IMG/VR virus record: IMGVR_UViG_3300042516_000861
Location: 1 to 60,452 of that record
Source of the DNA: a virus
Lineage: Duplodnaviria; Caudoviricetes
Strand: one strand, 5' to 3'
DNA length: 60,452 nucleotides
Below the pieces are notes generated by a model that saw nothing but the letters and a program-made list of their open reading frames with translations, had not been told where the DNA came from and did not search any database. Shown one piece after another: positions 19,995 through 29,430 of the stretch. The position numbers and the translations under genes are program-made. The number at the start of each line of letters is the position of its first letter. Position 1 is the stretch's first letter.

Positions 19995-21845
19995 TTAGAT
20001 TGCGTATCGAACGATAACAATACCTGAACCACCGTTGCCTCCAGGATAATCAACACCACGGTTTGAAGCGCCACCGCCACCACCGCCTGTGTTTGCGGTA
20101 CCGCTTGTAGGTCTAGTGGGAAGATTGCTGTTCAAATTGTTTGTACCACCGTTACCGCCACCACCTGCACCACCAGTTCCACCAGTAGGCGGAGTGCTAT
20201 TTAATTCATTTCCACCAAATCCGCCACCACCGCCTGCATAAGTAACAGTAGAGCCAGTAATTGTATTTGTTCTACCAGCACCGCCAGCACCGCCAACAGG
20301 CGCACCTGAACTTGTACCATTACTACCTACTGCGCCAGCACCGCCACCGCCACCGCCTGTGTATTGAGAGCCATCTTGACCATAAGATGCACCAATTCCA
20401 CCAGCAAAACCTTGATTTGTTGTGCCACTACCGCCAGAACCTACAGTTGGAGCGCCGCCGCCTGAACCGCCAGTACCACCACTTGCAACACCATCACCAC
20501 CAAGACCACCACCGACTGTTGAAATAGTTGTAAATGCTGTTCCTGCGATTGAAGATGCTCCACCCTGCGTAGCATTGGTACTGGCATTAGTAGCACCAGC
20601 GCCTCCAGCGCCCACAGTAATTGTGTAGGTAGTACCCGAGTTCATTGACACTCTTGATTCTGCGGTTCCAGGATTACCACCCGATAAACTTCCAACAGTA
20701 GAAGAACGAAGTCCTCCAGCGCCACCGCCGCCGCCAAAGTCGCCGCCTCCGCCGCCGCCGCCTGCGACTACTAAATACTCGACATTTGTAAGATTTGTTG
20801 TTGGAGTAAATGTTCCTGAAGAATCAAATATATGAATGTAATTAGTTCCATCAGAAAAAATAACACCGCCACTTGCTTTTGGACTAGATGGGGAACCGAT
20901 ACCTACGGCAAAAATTCCCGAAGATGTAAATGTATGAATATAAGTTGAACTTGTTCCGCTACCTGAAATAGTAACTGTTCCTCCAATAGCAAGTTGAAAT
21001 GGAGAGTTGTATCGGGCTATGACTATGCCTGAACCGCCTGCACCGCCTGTGGCTACTCCGCCTTGCCAACCACCGCCACCGCCTGAGCCTGTGTTAATAG
21101 TTGCAGCAGTTCCAGAGGCAGCAGGATTTGTAGTACCAAAACCACCAGTACCACCAATACCTGAACCACCTGCACCGCCCGCAGTTCCAGCAGCAGCACC
21201 ACCACCACCGCCTGCGTAGGTTACAGATGAACCAGAAATCGAGGTTGCTCTACCTGCACCACCCGCGCCACCAGCGTTAGCGCCAACACCCGCTGCACCA
21301 ACAGCAGCAGCACCGCCGCCACCACCCGCCGCATTAACGCCAGAGCCAGCACCGCCAGCAAAACCTTGACCTGATGGAGAAGCCGCGCCGCCTGTAGAAA
21401 CTGTTGTTGCTCCTTGAGCGCCGCCACCAGAACCGCCCGCCTGACCCGCCGTTGGTCCAGAGAAAAGTCCGCCTCCGCCGCCGCCTGTTGATGTAATTGT
21501 TGCAAAAACAGAATTGCTACCACTTGCTCCAACAGTATTTACAGGAGTTGCCGCACCACCAGCACCAACCGTAACTGTATAGTTAGTATTTGTTGTAAGT
21601 GATAATGCAGATTCTAATGCGCCACTACCACCTGTTGCAGTAACAGTAGAGCGCATACCACCAGCACCACCACCACCGCCTGCGCCAGCACCTCCAGCAC
21701 CGCCGCCTGCAACTACCAAATAATCAACTGAGGCAAGCCCAGTAAAAAAATTACTTTTAGCGCCTTGGGTCGTCAAAGCCCCAGTAAGCACAGATGAAAC
21801 TTGCGCTCCTGGGTTCGCTCCTAAAAGTCTGGTCGCTAAGGACAC
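19995..21845 (-). CDS. Glycine-rich fibre protein (paralogue of 17752-19587)
   Basis: Same two-unit architecture. Confidence 0.7.
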   Translation of the reverse strand: MSLATRLLGANPGAQVSSVLTGALTTQGAKSNFFTGLASVDYLVVAGGGAGGAGAGGGGGAGGMRSTVTATGGSGALESALSLTTNTNYTVTVGAGGAATPVNTVGASGSNSVFATITSTGGGGGGLFSGPTAGQAGGSGGGAQGATTVSTGGAASPSGQGFAGGAGSGVNAAGGGGGAAAVGAAGVGANAGGAGGAGRATSISGSSVTYAGGGGGAAAGTAGGAGGSGIGGTGGFGTTNPAASGTAATINTGSGGGGGWQGGVATGGAGGSGIVIARYNSPFQLAIGGTVTISGSGTSSTYIHTFTSSGIFAVGIGSPSSPKASGGVIFSDGTNYIHIFDSSGTFTPTTNLTNVEYLVVAGGGGGGGDFGGGGGAGGLRSSTVGSLSGGNPGTAESRVSMNSGTTYTITVGAGGAGATNASTNATQGGASSIAGTAFTTISTVGGGLGGDGVASGGTGGSGGGAPTVGSGGSGTTNQGFAGGIGASYGQDGSQYTGGGGGGAGAVGSNGTSSGAPVGGAGGAGRTNTITGSTVTYAGGGGGFGGNELNSTPPTGGTGGAGGGGNGGTNNLNSNLPTRPTSGTANTGGGGGGASNRGVDYPGGNGGSGIVIVRYAI

Positions 21846-21857
21846 GGCAACTCCCTA

Positions 21858-22217
21858 TTAAGCAGTAGTTACGCGGTTAGCGAATCCGTGGATTGTTACT
21901 ACATCTGCTGTTCCAGCGTATGCCTTTACAACGAGAGAGTTACGAAGAACTAGGTCTGGAAGAACAAGAGTTAGACCTGATGTTGCGGGAATAGACAACT
22001 TGATGTCGTCATCAACTGATGTTGTTCCGCCCCATTGAATTGTTAGGTTTACTGCTGAGGCTGATGAGTTATACGCATACATCGTAATAACATCGCAGTC
22101 AGTAGTAGATGAAGTCGCTGTGTGAATTGTTGTTCCAGCGCTTGATGTCGCCGCAACCTTAACTCCACGACCATGAGTAGAACCTGATAGCGGGATACGC
22201 GATACTGTTGTTGCCAT
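21858..22217 (-). CDS. Small virion structural protein
   Basis: Thr/Ser beta-rich, in the structural operon. Confidence 0.55.
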   Translation of the reverse strand: MATTVSRIPLSGSTHGRGVKVAATSSAGTTIHTATSSTTDCDVITMYAYNSSASAVNLTIQWGGTTSVDDDIKLSIPATSGLTLVLPDLVLRNSLVVKAYAGTADVVTIHGFANRVTTA

Positions 22218-22228
22218 TTATTTTCTCC

Positions 22229-22840
22229 TTATGCGAATACCTGCACCGCGAAGGCGAAGGCTTGGTCGTTGGCGGTTGTACCTGCCGCTGGAGTTGCCCA
22301 TTCAGGAACTCCACCAGCGGATACAGTTAAAGTTTGTCCTGCTGTACCGATAGCAAGGCGAGCAGGTGTATTTGCGCTTGATGCGTAAATTGTGTCGCCA
22401 GTTGTTGTTGTAAGGCTGTTGTTGATTACTCCTGAAGTCAGAGCAACTGTACCTGTTGAATCAGGGAATGTGATTGTTCGGTCTGCTGTTGGGTCTGTGA
22501 CTGCAAGAGTTGTTTCAAAAGCATCTGCTGTTGCACCTTCAAAAAGGATGCTAGAGACAAAAGTTAAATCGCTGATATTTCCAGTTGTGATAACTGTTCC
22601 TGTTACATCTGGGAGAGTAACTGTACGGTCAGCAGTTGGGTCTCCGCCTGAGAGAGTCATCTCAAAAGCGTTATCAGTTGTTCCCTCAAGAACAATGTTG
22701 TTACCGAACTTAATCTCAAGACCAGCCTGAGCGCCTGTAAAAGTTGCATCGCTAATGACTGGAGCAGTTAAAGTTTTATTTGTTAATGTGGCTACTGCAT
22801 CTGCTGTGATACCAGCGCCACCATTGGTGGTGATTGCCAT
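22229..22840 (-). CDS. Fibre protein with EGxTxxAFE...DPTADRT repeats
   Basis: Two repeats plus GDTIYAS...RLAIG fibre motif. Confidence 0.6.
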   Translation of the reverse strand: MAITTNGGAGITADAVATLTNKTLTAPVISDATFTGAQAGLEIKFGNNIVLEGTTDNAFEMTLSGGDPTADRTVTLPDVTGTVITTGNISDLTFVSSILFEGATADAFETTLAVTDPTADRTITFPDSTGTVALTSGVINNSLTTTTGDTIYASSANTPARLAIGTAGQTLTVSAGGVPEWATPAAGTTANDQAFAFAVQVFA

Positions 22841-22841
22841 A

Positions 22842-23171
22842 TTATGCTATCTCGCTTCCGAACGCGCTGAATGAGAAACTTGTAGATGATGCGTAGACTG
22901 TAACAACATCTGAAGCATCAATTGTAAGCCCTAGGGTATAAGCCGTGGTTGTATTTGCTTGAATTGTTGCATCATAAACGACATAATGTTCAGTTGCCAG
23001 AGTCGCTCCATTTGGGCGAACTGCGATTCGATATGTGCCACTTGTGCCAGCCTGATTACAGATGGTGATGGTTGAGATAACCGTCTGAGTTGATGCAGGG
23101 CAGGTGTAAAGCGTTGTGGCAGTAGTGGCTGATGGGTTTGATTGCCCAAGAACCTTGTAAGTAGTTGCCAT
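22842..23171 (-). CDS. Small virion structural protein
   Basis: MATTYKVLGQ...FSAFGSEI; structural operon. Confidence 0.55.
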   Translation of the reverse strand: MATTYKVLGQSNPSATTATTLYTCPASTQTVISTITICNQAGTSGTYRIAVRPNGATLATEHYVVYDATIQANTTTAYTLGLTIDASDVVTVYASSTSFSFSAFGSEIA

Positions 23172-23175
23172 GCGG

Positions 23176-23853
23176 TTATCCTCCGATGAGTAATAATGGA
23201 CTAATGGTACCAGCCGAGTTATTTTGGGCTGTTGTAGCGCTTGATGATGCCGAAGCCGCGTAACCTTGCGCCGAGGTTACGAATGATGTGATGTCCTCAC
23301 CTGAGATGTTATATGTCGCCGCGGTGAGAGCGGAGTATGTAGCAAAGGCTGTATCTAGCGCTGTGTATGTTGAATAGGCAGAATCAATGTACCAATACTG
23401 ACCAGAGGCAGGGAACTTATCTACCGATTGGTCAATCAAAGCATCTAAAGCAGTAATGTTGGACTCAAGGGTATTCCAAGAAGTTAGGTCTACAGCCGCT
23501 ACATAACTTTCAGATAGGGCTGGGTCTGGACTAATATCTGCTAAATCTAGCGACCCTGTAGTGGTGTAAGGGATGCTGATTTCATAAGAGCGCCCGTTAG
23601 GAAATGACTCCTCAACGCTGTAAACAAAAGGGTTTGGAACTACATCTGGGTCATTGGTTGCAGGGATAGAAACCGAGAAAGAGCCTGAACTCAAAGGCAC
23701 GACAACGCTAGATGGAGCAACCATCTGGTCATCTGTACCGTTACGCAGAACCTCAGAAATGCTGAATCGAATCTGACCCTCAATCGGATTGCCTTCAAAA
23801 TCTACATAACTACCTGTAATTGTAACCGTGGTTAAATTCGGACCAAGAGCCAT
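23176..23853 (-). CDS. Virion structural protein (paralogue of 24052-24597)
   Basis: Shared MAL..L.TVT..G.YVD..GNP..G N-terminal domain. Confidence 0.55.
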   Translation of the reverse strand: MALGPNLTTVTITGSYVDFEGNPIEGQIRFSISEVLRNGTDDQMVAPSSVVVPLSSGSFSVSIPATNDPDVVPNPFVYSVEESFPNGRSYEISIPYTTTGSLDLADISPDPALSESYVAAVDLTSWNTLESNITALDALIDQSVDKFPASGQYWYIDSAYSTYTALDTAFATYSALTAATYNISGEDITSFVTSAQGYAASASSSATTAQNNSAGTISPLLLIGG

Positions 23854-24050
23854 CAGGCACCTACCAAAAAGAACAAATCAAATTTTTCAGCCACATAGGA
23901 ATTTGCTGTATTCCTTGAAGTCAGGGCAGCGGCAGTAGCCGTTGAAAGGGCGGTTGCATTAGTCGCGGCTGCATCTGTAGCCACTTCCAACTCAGTCAAA
24001 AGGGCGTTTGAAGCGGTGTATTCGGCTATGGGTACATACGGTTCAGCCAT
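23853..24050 (-). CDS. Small Ala-rich structural protein
   Basis: Coupled ORF in the structural operon. Confidence 0.5.
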   Translation of the reverse strand: MAEPYVPIAEYTASNALLTELEVATDAAATNATALSTATAAALTSRNTANSYVAEKFDLFFLVGA

Positions 24051-24051
24051 C

Positions 24052-24597
24052 TTAAACTCCCATCATCATCAACTGATTAGTCGTGAAATTGGCAACTGCG
24101 CTTGCTGAGTTTGAAGCCTCTGTTGCGTAGGCAAGGGCGTTGCCCTCGTATGTAGAAGCATTTACCACAATCTCTCTCCTGCCGCTTGCATTGTTGTAGC
24201 GGGTCAATAGACCCTGGTAAGCATCCACGGATACATAAGAGGTGGCATCTGCTTCGGAAAGGGCTGTAAGCAGGTCTGCGAGGTTCTGAGTGGTACCTGC
24301 AACTGAGAGAGGTAGAGCAATCTGGAATGTACGACCAGAGGTAAAGTTCTCAACTATGGTGTAAATAAAAGGTTGAGGCATTACATCAGTATCGCTAGTA
24401 ACTGGCAAAGTGGTTGTAAAGGAGCCAGTTGCATCTAAAGTCTTGACGATGTGAACTGGCATGATGTGGACATTCAAGGTCTTTTCTTTCAAGATAGTCT
24501 GAGGTTCAATAGTGATTGAGCCTCGAACTGGGTTGCCTAGTAAATCCACATAGGTACCAGCAACCGTTACGGTTGAAAGAGATGCTGGTAGTGCCAT
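24052..24597 (-). CDS. Virion structural protein
   Basis: Paralogous to 23176-23853. Confidence 0.55.
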   Translation of the reverse strand: MALPASLSTVTVAGTYVDLLGNPVRGSITIEPQTILKEKTLNVHIMPVHIVKTLDATGSFTTTLPVTSDTDVMPQPFIYTIVENFTSGRTFQIALPLSVAGTTQNLADLLTALSEADATSYVSVDAYQGLLTRYNNASGRREIVVNASTYEGNALAYATEASNSASAVANFTTNQLMMMGV

Positions 24598-24600
24598 GAT

Positions 24601-24873
24601 TTAAGCGCCTTGACGAAGTACATTTACGGTCTGTGTGCTTGAAGCAACCACGCCGTAAAGTTTTTCACCATCTTGCATTTCAACTGCCATGTCGGTTCCG
24701 CCAGTAAGAGCGAATCCGTAAGATGTTGTTGTTACGCCTTCTCCACCAATGTAGACGGTAGCGCCCGCTGCTGGGACTTGAACTGAAACTGTCTGACCAT
24801 CTTTACCAGCATAGTTAGACGAAATTTGTGTGGCTGTTGTGCCTACTGATATGCGTTCGTGTGTAATTGCCAT
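24601..24873 (-). CDS. Small virion structural protein
   Basis: TVYIGGEGVTTTSYG; AAGGGAG RBS. Confidence 0.55.
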   Translation of the reverse strand: MAITHERISVGTTATQISSNYAGKDGQTVSVQVPAAGATVYIGGEGVTTTSYGFALTGGTDMAVEMQDGEKLYGVVASSTQTVNVLRQGA

Positions 24874-24886
24874 GATGCTCCCTTAG

Positions 24887-24927
24887 AAAAAAAGAGGGTG
24901 ACTCATTTTACTGAATCACCCCCTTTT
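24887..24927 (-). terminator. Intrinsic terminator
   Basis: GGGGGTGATTCA/TGAGTCACCCTC stem followed by a T7 run on the minus strand. Confidence 0.7.
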
Positions 24928-24930
24928 GAA

Positions 24931-25152
24931 TTACTTGGAGGCGACTTCTTTCTTCGCCTTTGGTTTTTCAACTGCTTCAACCTCTGGCTCGGCTTTTGGC
25001 TCTACCTTTGGCTTTACCGCTTCATCAAGAATCTTGATGTAACGGCTGCGGTTGAGAGCCTTTGCGTGTTTCCATCCCTTGACATCAATGATGTCTCCAG
25101 ATTTCAACAGGCGACCATCAACCACCATAGTCTTAAGAATTTCTGCTTTCAT
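24931..25152 (-). CDS. Small head-associated protein
   Basis: Downstream of the capsid gene; Lys/Glu/Pro-rich tail. Confidence 0.55.
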   Translation of the reverse strand: MKAEILKTMVVDGRLLKSGDIIDVKGWKHAKALNRSRYIKILDEAVKPKVEPKAEPEVEAVEKPKAKKEVASK

Positions 25153-25496
25153 TACGCAGTCATATCAATCCACACATACGAGAATGTACGCGCTGTGTCG
25201 TTGATTGCTGAAGCAGTTGGATTGTAAAGATAAATTGAAACTGTGTCTGCCGCTGTTACAGCCGCTCCACAGAAAATCAAATCATCATTTAGGTCTGCTG
25301 GTGGATTTACAATAATGATGTCAGTTGTCTTGGCACCTGTAAGAGTGAAAGTAACTGAACCGCGAGTTGTCGCGTTGATTGAAGCAGGGTCTACTGATGC
25401 TGTACCAAAATCTAGTCCATACACCATGTCGCCAGTTGAGCCTTGAATAGCACCAACTGAAACTTCACCGCGAGAAATACGATTTACTTGAGGCAT
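25152..25496 (-). CDS. Putative capsid decoration protein
   Basis: Follows the major capsid gene; beta-rich. Confidence 0.55.
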   Translation of the reverse strand: MPQVNRISRGEVSVGAIQGSTGDMVYGLDFGTASVDPASINATTRGSVTFTLTGAKTTDIIIVNPPADLNDDLIFCGAAVTAADTVSIYLYNPTASAINDTARTFSYVWIDMTA

Positions 25497-25511
25497 TTAT
25501 TTTCCTTTTCT

Positions 25512-25549
25512 AAGAAAGAAGGGGAGAGCCTTTTCAGACCCTCCCCTTC
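25512..25549 (-). terminator. Terminator/attenuator after the major capsid gene
   Basis: GAAGGGGAGGGTC/GGCTCTCCCCTTC stem followed by TTTCTT. Confidence 0.65.
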
Positions 25550-25560
25550 ACTCAACTTAA

Positions 25561-26538
25561 TTAAGCAACGATTGTGTTCCAGAAGTAACCGAGGTCTGCT
25601 CCGATTACCTTGTTATCAAATGCCATTTCCGCTTCAATGCGGTCTGACTTGATTGACTCCATGCGGAACTGTGAAGTTCCAACAGTCTGTCCGAGACCAC
25701 CTGAAACACCTGTCCAAGCGAATGTGTAACCCGCTGATGGTGTAAGAAGTCCTGGATTTGGAGCAACATGTGTAAGGAGTGCGCCCTTGCCAAAAGCAAA
25801 GCCGTAAGCCTCAGATGCGCCTTCGTTGTTAGTAGCCTTAACAGCCTTTGCAACCATAACGCGTGGAATGTCGAACATTGCCGCGAGCATATCGGTTGTG
25901 ATTGTCTGTGAAGATGTGTACTTGATACGGTCTACAAGGTCTGGGTGATTCTTAAGAGCCTTGAATACATCGTATCCGAGAACGAGTGTGTTTGCTTCCA
26001 TTCCTGTGTTTCCAAGAATTTCTGCCTTTCCTGCTTCAAGGTCAGCAATTGGGTCTGATGATGCGTAATCTGACCAATGCTTTGTCTCACCTGATGATGG
26101 AGAGCCAGCAACACCTGTTACATCGTCAGCCCATACGCCTGTTGTGAAGAAGTCAGAAACGAACTGAAGTTCACGGCGAAGCATTAGACGGCGTGTAACG
26201 AACTCTGTTGCCTCACGGAGAGGGTTCAAAGGTGAGTCTGCGTTAGCAAGTGTCTGGTCATCTACATCTTTGTGGAACGCCCAGACATCTGCTGAGTATG
26301 TTCCAGTTGAGAGGTTGTAACCGCCACCAGCAGATTCAGTTCCAGGTGCGCGGCGCTGAGCCTCGTCACGGAACCAATCGTTCTTGGTGTAAGTGAAATA
26401 CTTGTCTGACTTCTTATCAACAGGGATTACTGGGAATACCTTGTCGGCAATGAAGTTGTCTTGGTTCTGAAGATAAGCAACCGAGATGTTTGTGAGAATT
26501 GCGTCAATGTGAACGCTATTGATATGTGGCTGTGGCAT
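25561..26538 (-). CDS. Major capsid protein
   Basis: HIDAILTNISVAY..FIADKVFPVIPV start typical of this capsid class; 325 aa; follows scaffold and cement genes. Confidence 0.9.
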   Translation of the reverse strand: MPQPHINSVHIDAILTNISVAYLQNQDNFIADKVFPVIPVDKKSDKYFTYTKNDWFRDEAQRRAPGTESAGGGYNLSTGTYSADVWAFHKDVDDQTLANADSPLNPLREATEFVTRRLMLRRELQFVSDFFTTGVWADDVTGVAGSPSSGETKHWSDYASSDPIADLEAGKAEILGNTGMEANTLVLGYDVFKALKNHPDLVDRIKYTSSQTITTDMLAAMFDIPRVMVAKAVKATNNEGASEAYGFAFGKGALLTHVAPNPGLLTPSAGYTFAWTGVSGGLGQTVGTSQFRMESIKSDRIEAEMAFDNKVIGADLGYFWNTIVA

Positions 26539-26553
26539 TTTTAGTTATCCCCC

Positions 26554-26949
26554 TTAAGCCGCTCTGCCTGGATTAGCGCAGTTTACGACTGCTGTGACGA
26601 TGTTTCCATCTGCCGCAGATTCAGTTAGTAGTGTTCCGACAACATACTTTGTTGTATCTGTTCCAGCGACAAGAGCAACTGCCTTGCCTGTTGAACTTGT
26701 TCCAACAAGTGCGCCTTCGCCGATAGCGGCTCCAGCGACAATCTTTGTTCCTCCGACAATAAGCACTTCTGCTTCCTGTCCTGAAGTTGGAGCGTTCTGA
26801 AGGACTCCAACAGGAATATCAGTTGCGGCTGCTGCCGCTACTGCCTGTCCTGAAGAATCTAACTTCACGAATGTGTACTGCTTTGTGGAAAGGTCGGCAC
26901 CTGCAACGAGGGTGACCTTTACCGAGTAATTACTAATTTCGTATGCCAT
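26554..26949 (-). CDS. Capsid cement/decoration protein (DUF2190-like)
   Basis: GVLQNAP...AGAAIGEGALV motif; lies between scaffold and capsid. Confidence 0.75.
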   Translation of the reverse strand: MAYEISNYSVKVTLVAGADLSTKQYTFVKLDSSGQAVAAAAATDIPVGVLQNAPTSGQEAEVLIVGGTKIVAGAAIGEGALVGTSSTGKAVALVAGTDTTKYVVGTLLTESAADGNIVTAVVNCANPGRAA

Positions 26950-26951
26950 GG

Positions 26952-27731
26952 TTATGCACCCTTTTCATTACGGTATTGGACATAAAGTTCAGGATTGGAA
27001 GATGCGGCACTAGCGAACGCTTGTTCGAAAGATTTTGCATTTCCTTCCTCAACTGCCGACTTTGCCAAAGCAGTTAGTCTGCTGTAAGCATCGCCTGTAG
27101 TGAAGTCTGCTGATTTCCCGATTTCAGCAAAAATGTTTGCTGATTCAGCCTGAGCATTTACAGATGTGAGAATTTCCTCTACTGACTTTGCTAGGTCTGC
27201 ATCAACTGTGGACAAGCGGCGTAGCGCTGGTCCGACCTTCTCTGCATCAAGATTCAAGTTTGAGAATCCCTTTGCTTTTTCAATTGCTTCAGCATCAGCC
27301 TTAGCCTCGCGCTCCTTACGGAGTTCTTCGGTTGCTGTCTCTGCTTGCTTTTTGAAATCTTCAATCATTTTGACGACTGACTCAGGAGCGGACTTCATGT
27401 ATTCCATTTCATCCTCGGTCTTATCTGATTCTGACTTATCTTCCTCTTTAGACATTTCCATTTCTGAAAGTTTGCCTTCGAGTTCAGCGATTTTCTTCAT
27501 CGCATCTTCAAGTGTCATTTCAGCCTTTTCGACCTGTGCATCAGTAGCCGCGGTTGTTGTTTCCTCCATGATGGAGTCCTCCTCGGTGAGCGTTTCGTCT
27601 AAGACTCTCTGAACTTCAGATTCATCGGCTGATTTCATAACCAACCAACCCTCATGTAAGTGTGCAGGATGGTCTACTCCAGATGTTTCCTCAATGACTA
27701 AATTTGCCATTTTGCGGGTTCGAGCCAACAT
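26952..27731 (-). CDS. Capsid scaffolding protein
   Basis: Acidic coiled coil, ETSGVDHPA N-terminus, NPELY C-terminus, many hydrophobic-x-K-S/A sites. Confidence 0.75.
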   Translation of the reverse strand: MLARTRKMANLVIEETSGVDHPAHLHEGWLVMKSADESEVQRVLDETLTEEDSIMEETTTAATDAQVEKAEMTLEDAMKKIAELEGKLSEMEMSKEEDKSESDKTEDEMEYMKSAPESVVKMIEDFKKQAETATEELRKEREAKADAEAIEKAKGFSNLNLDAEKVGPALRRLSTVDADLAKSVEEILTSVNAQAESANIFAEIGKSADFTTGDAYSRLTALAKSAVEEGNAKSFEQAFASAASSNPELYVQYRNEKGA

Positions 27732-27831
27732 TCACTCCTAACGAAAAGTGCCTACCTAATCCAGTATGGACTGGTAGATAAACACGGGTCTTGACAAGCA
27801 TAAGAATAACACAGGTGTAATTTCACCCCTT

Positions 27832-28098
27832 TTAAGAAGAAATCAAAATCCTTAAATTGACCATGGCGGCGATTAAATCTTCATAGGCGACCATTGAAAA
27901 GGGTTGTTCGTTCTGCCAGAATCGGGCAACTCTGAAATGGTAATCGCCCTCGGTCATCTTGCTCCAGACAAAAAAAGCCTGAGAATCGTGGGGTAATTGA
28001 ACTGCTAATCCAGCGAATCCTGGAGTGGTTGCAACCGTGGCAACCTCAAAGCCCATTGACTTAATGATGCTTAAAGTGTCGTCAATAACGGTGGTCAT
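27832..28098 (-). CDS. Hypothetical protein
   Basis: ATG overlaps the TGA of the frameshifted ORF (ATGA). Confidence 0.6.
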   Translation of the reverse strand: MTTVIDDTLSIIKSMGFEVATVATTPGFAGLAVQLPHDSQAFFVWSKMTEGDYHFRVARFWQNEQPFSMVAYEDLIAAMVNLRILISS

Positions 28099-28340
28099 TT
28101 GCGCTTTGGAGGTCTTAGGATGTCCATGTCATCCATCCACTTTGGGTCATCGGCATCCAATTCTTCGTATTCTTCTTCTGAGTCATCATTGTGGGAATGA
28201 AGTTTCTTTGGACTCTTTGGGTTCTTTGGCTCGGAGGAATCTTCACCTTCGGAGTCATCAGGGCTGTACTTTCCGTTCGCCCACGCACCATGGGAGCCTT
28301 GGTCGTGGCTACCGTGCTTAGATACTCCTACTTTTTTTTT
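28095..28340 (-). CDS. -1 frame extension of 28328-28732 carrying tag copy 10 and an acidic peptide
   Basis: Not in the ORF track. KKKVGVSKHGSHDQGSHGAWANGKYSPDD...RPPKRK*; no own start codon; begins at an A9G run. Confidence 0.7.
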   Translation of the reverse strand, partial: KKKVGVSKHGSHDQGSHGAWANGKYSPDDSEGEDSSEPKNPKSPKKLHSHNDDSEEEYEELDADDPKWMDDMDILRPPKRK

Positions 28341-28732
28341 AGTGTTGAGACTTTGTGACCAACCTTTGTTTCAGTTGGCTTTCCATCTCGGTACAACTGA
28401 ATCAGAGCGGCTGGGTCATCTTCGCTTCCCTCAATAGAAAAACTTGAATCAGGAACATTGATTTTGCCATCGCGCACGATACGCACAATCTTGCCTGTAG
28501 CCGTACCGCCTGATGAATTCCAAGAAACCATGTCGCCTCTGGATACAGAGACAGCCTTTTTCATTTCGTAAGCCATGTCGCGCATAGCCTTTTCAATCAT
28601 AGACTTTGCGTAACCCTTGAGACCAGCGATTCCCTTTTCATCAACTTCTTTTTCAATCATCGCGTATTCATCGTCCTTCATGCTTTTCATGGGACCATTG
28701 CGAAGTTCCTTGAGAATCTTTTTGTCTTTCAT
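28328..28732 (-). CDS. Head-region protein with C-terminal Hva1/DUF2945-like Tudor domain
   Basis: GDMVSWNSSGG...GSEDDPA...HKVSTL pattern. Confidence 0.6.
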   Translation of the reverse strand: MKDKKILKELRNGPMKSMKDDEYAMIEKEVDEKGIAGLKGYAKSMIEKAMRDMAYEMKKAVSVSRGDMVSWNSSGGTATGKIVRIVRDGKINVPDSSFSIEGSEDDPAALIQLYRDGKPTETKVGHKVSTLKKK

Positions 28733-29430
28733 GTGGTTTCCTTCGGCTTCTTTTTCTTTGGGTTCATAATTGTATCAACATGGACACTATTGACTCCTGG
28801 ACCATCTTCCTTCTCAACTTCTTCCATATCAACATAAAGGCGCTCTGCCTTACCGCCGATTGAATAGCCAAGAATCTTTCCAGACTTTACCAAGTCCCAT
28901 GCCCAAGGCTCCCAGATAACACCGAGAAATACTGTGTTTGGTGGGTATGTATGGTTTACATCAATCCCGCTTATTGTTTTAATTGGAACTGTTAATTCGT
29001 ATGGGAACGCCATAACTTCTACCCATTCTCCAGCAACCACATCGCGGTCATGCTGTAGACGGATACGGCGGTCATTAGTCTTTACATAATCCCAGACTGC
29101 TCGTTGCAACTCATCGGCATCTGTCCATTCACCATGGGCATCAATACGGTCTGGAATATACATAGCCCCTAGCGTGTAACGCTTAGCATCTTCAGCCTTT
29201 GAAACTTCATAGGCTCCAATGCTCTTAGGCGCTGCGAAAGCATCTGGGAATGAACTCATTGCAAGGGCTTCAGTAATCTCCTCATAGTCACCTTCGCCCA
29301 TAACTAGATAGGCTGAAATAAGGCGAGTCGGTGTCCATCCCTGTGTTGGGTACCAGCGCTCCTCATCAATGATGTTGAAGCGATAGAGGTTATGGGGTAA
29401 ACCTCTGCTCATCTTTACGAAATATCTCAT
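28729..29430 (-). CDS. XkdF-like prohead serine protease with an extra N-terminal domain of about 65 aa
   Basis: YIPDRIDAHGEW, LQHD, VKSGKILGYSIGG motifs of the XkdF/Peptidase_S78_2 type. Confidence 0.8.
   Translation of the reverse strand: MRYFVKMSRGLPHNLYRFNIIDEERWYPTQGWTPTRLISAYLVMGEGDYEEITEALAMSSFPDAFAAPKSIGAYEVSKAEDAKRYTLGAMYIPDRIDAHGEWTDADELQRAVWDYVKTNDRRIRLQHDRDVVAGEWVEVMAFPYELTVPIKTISGIDVNHTYPPNTVFLGVIWEPWAWDLVKSGKILGYSIGGKAERLYVDMEEVEKEDGPGVNSVHVDTIMNPKKKKPKETT

Noticed and set aside
17752-21845. Gly-rich genes as collagen-like or PE-PGRS host genes
   Set aside because: No Gly-X-Y periodicity and no PE domain; the architecture matches phage glycine-rich fibre proteins
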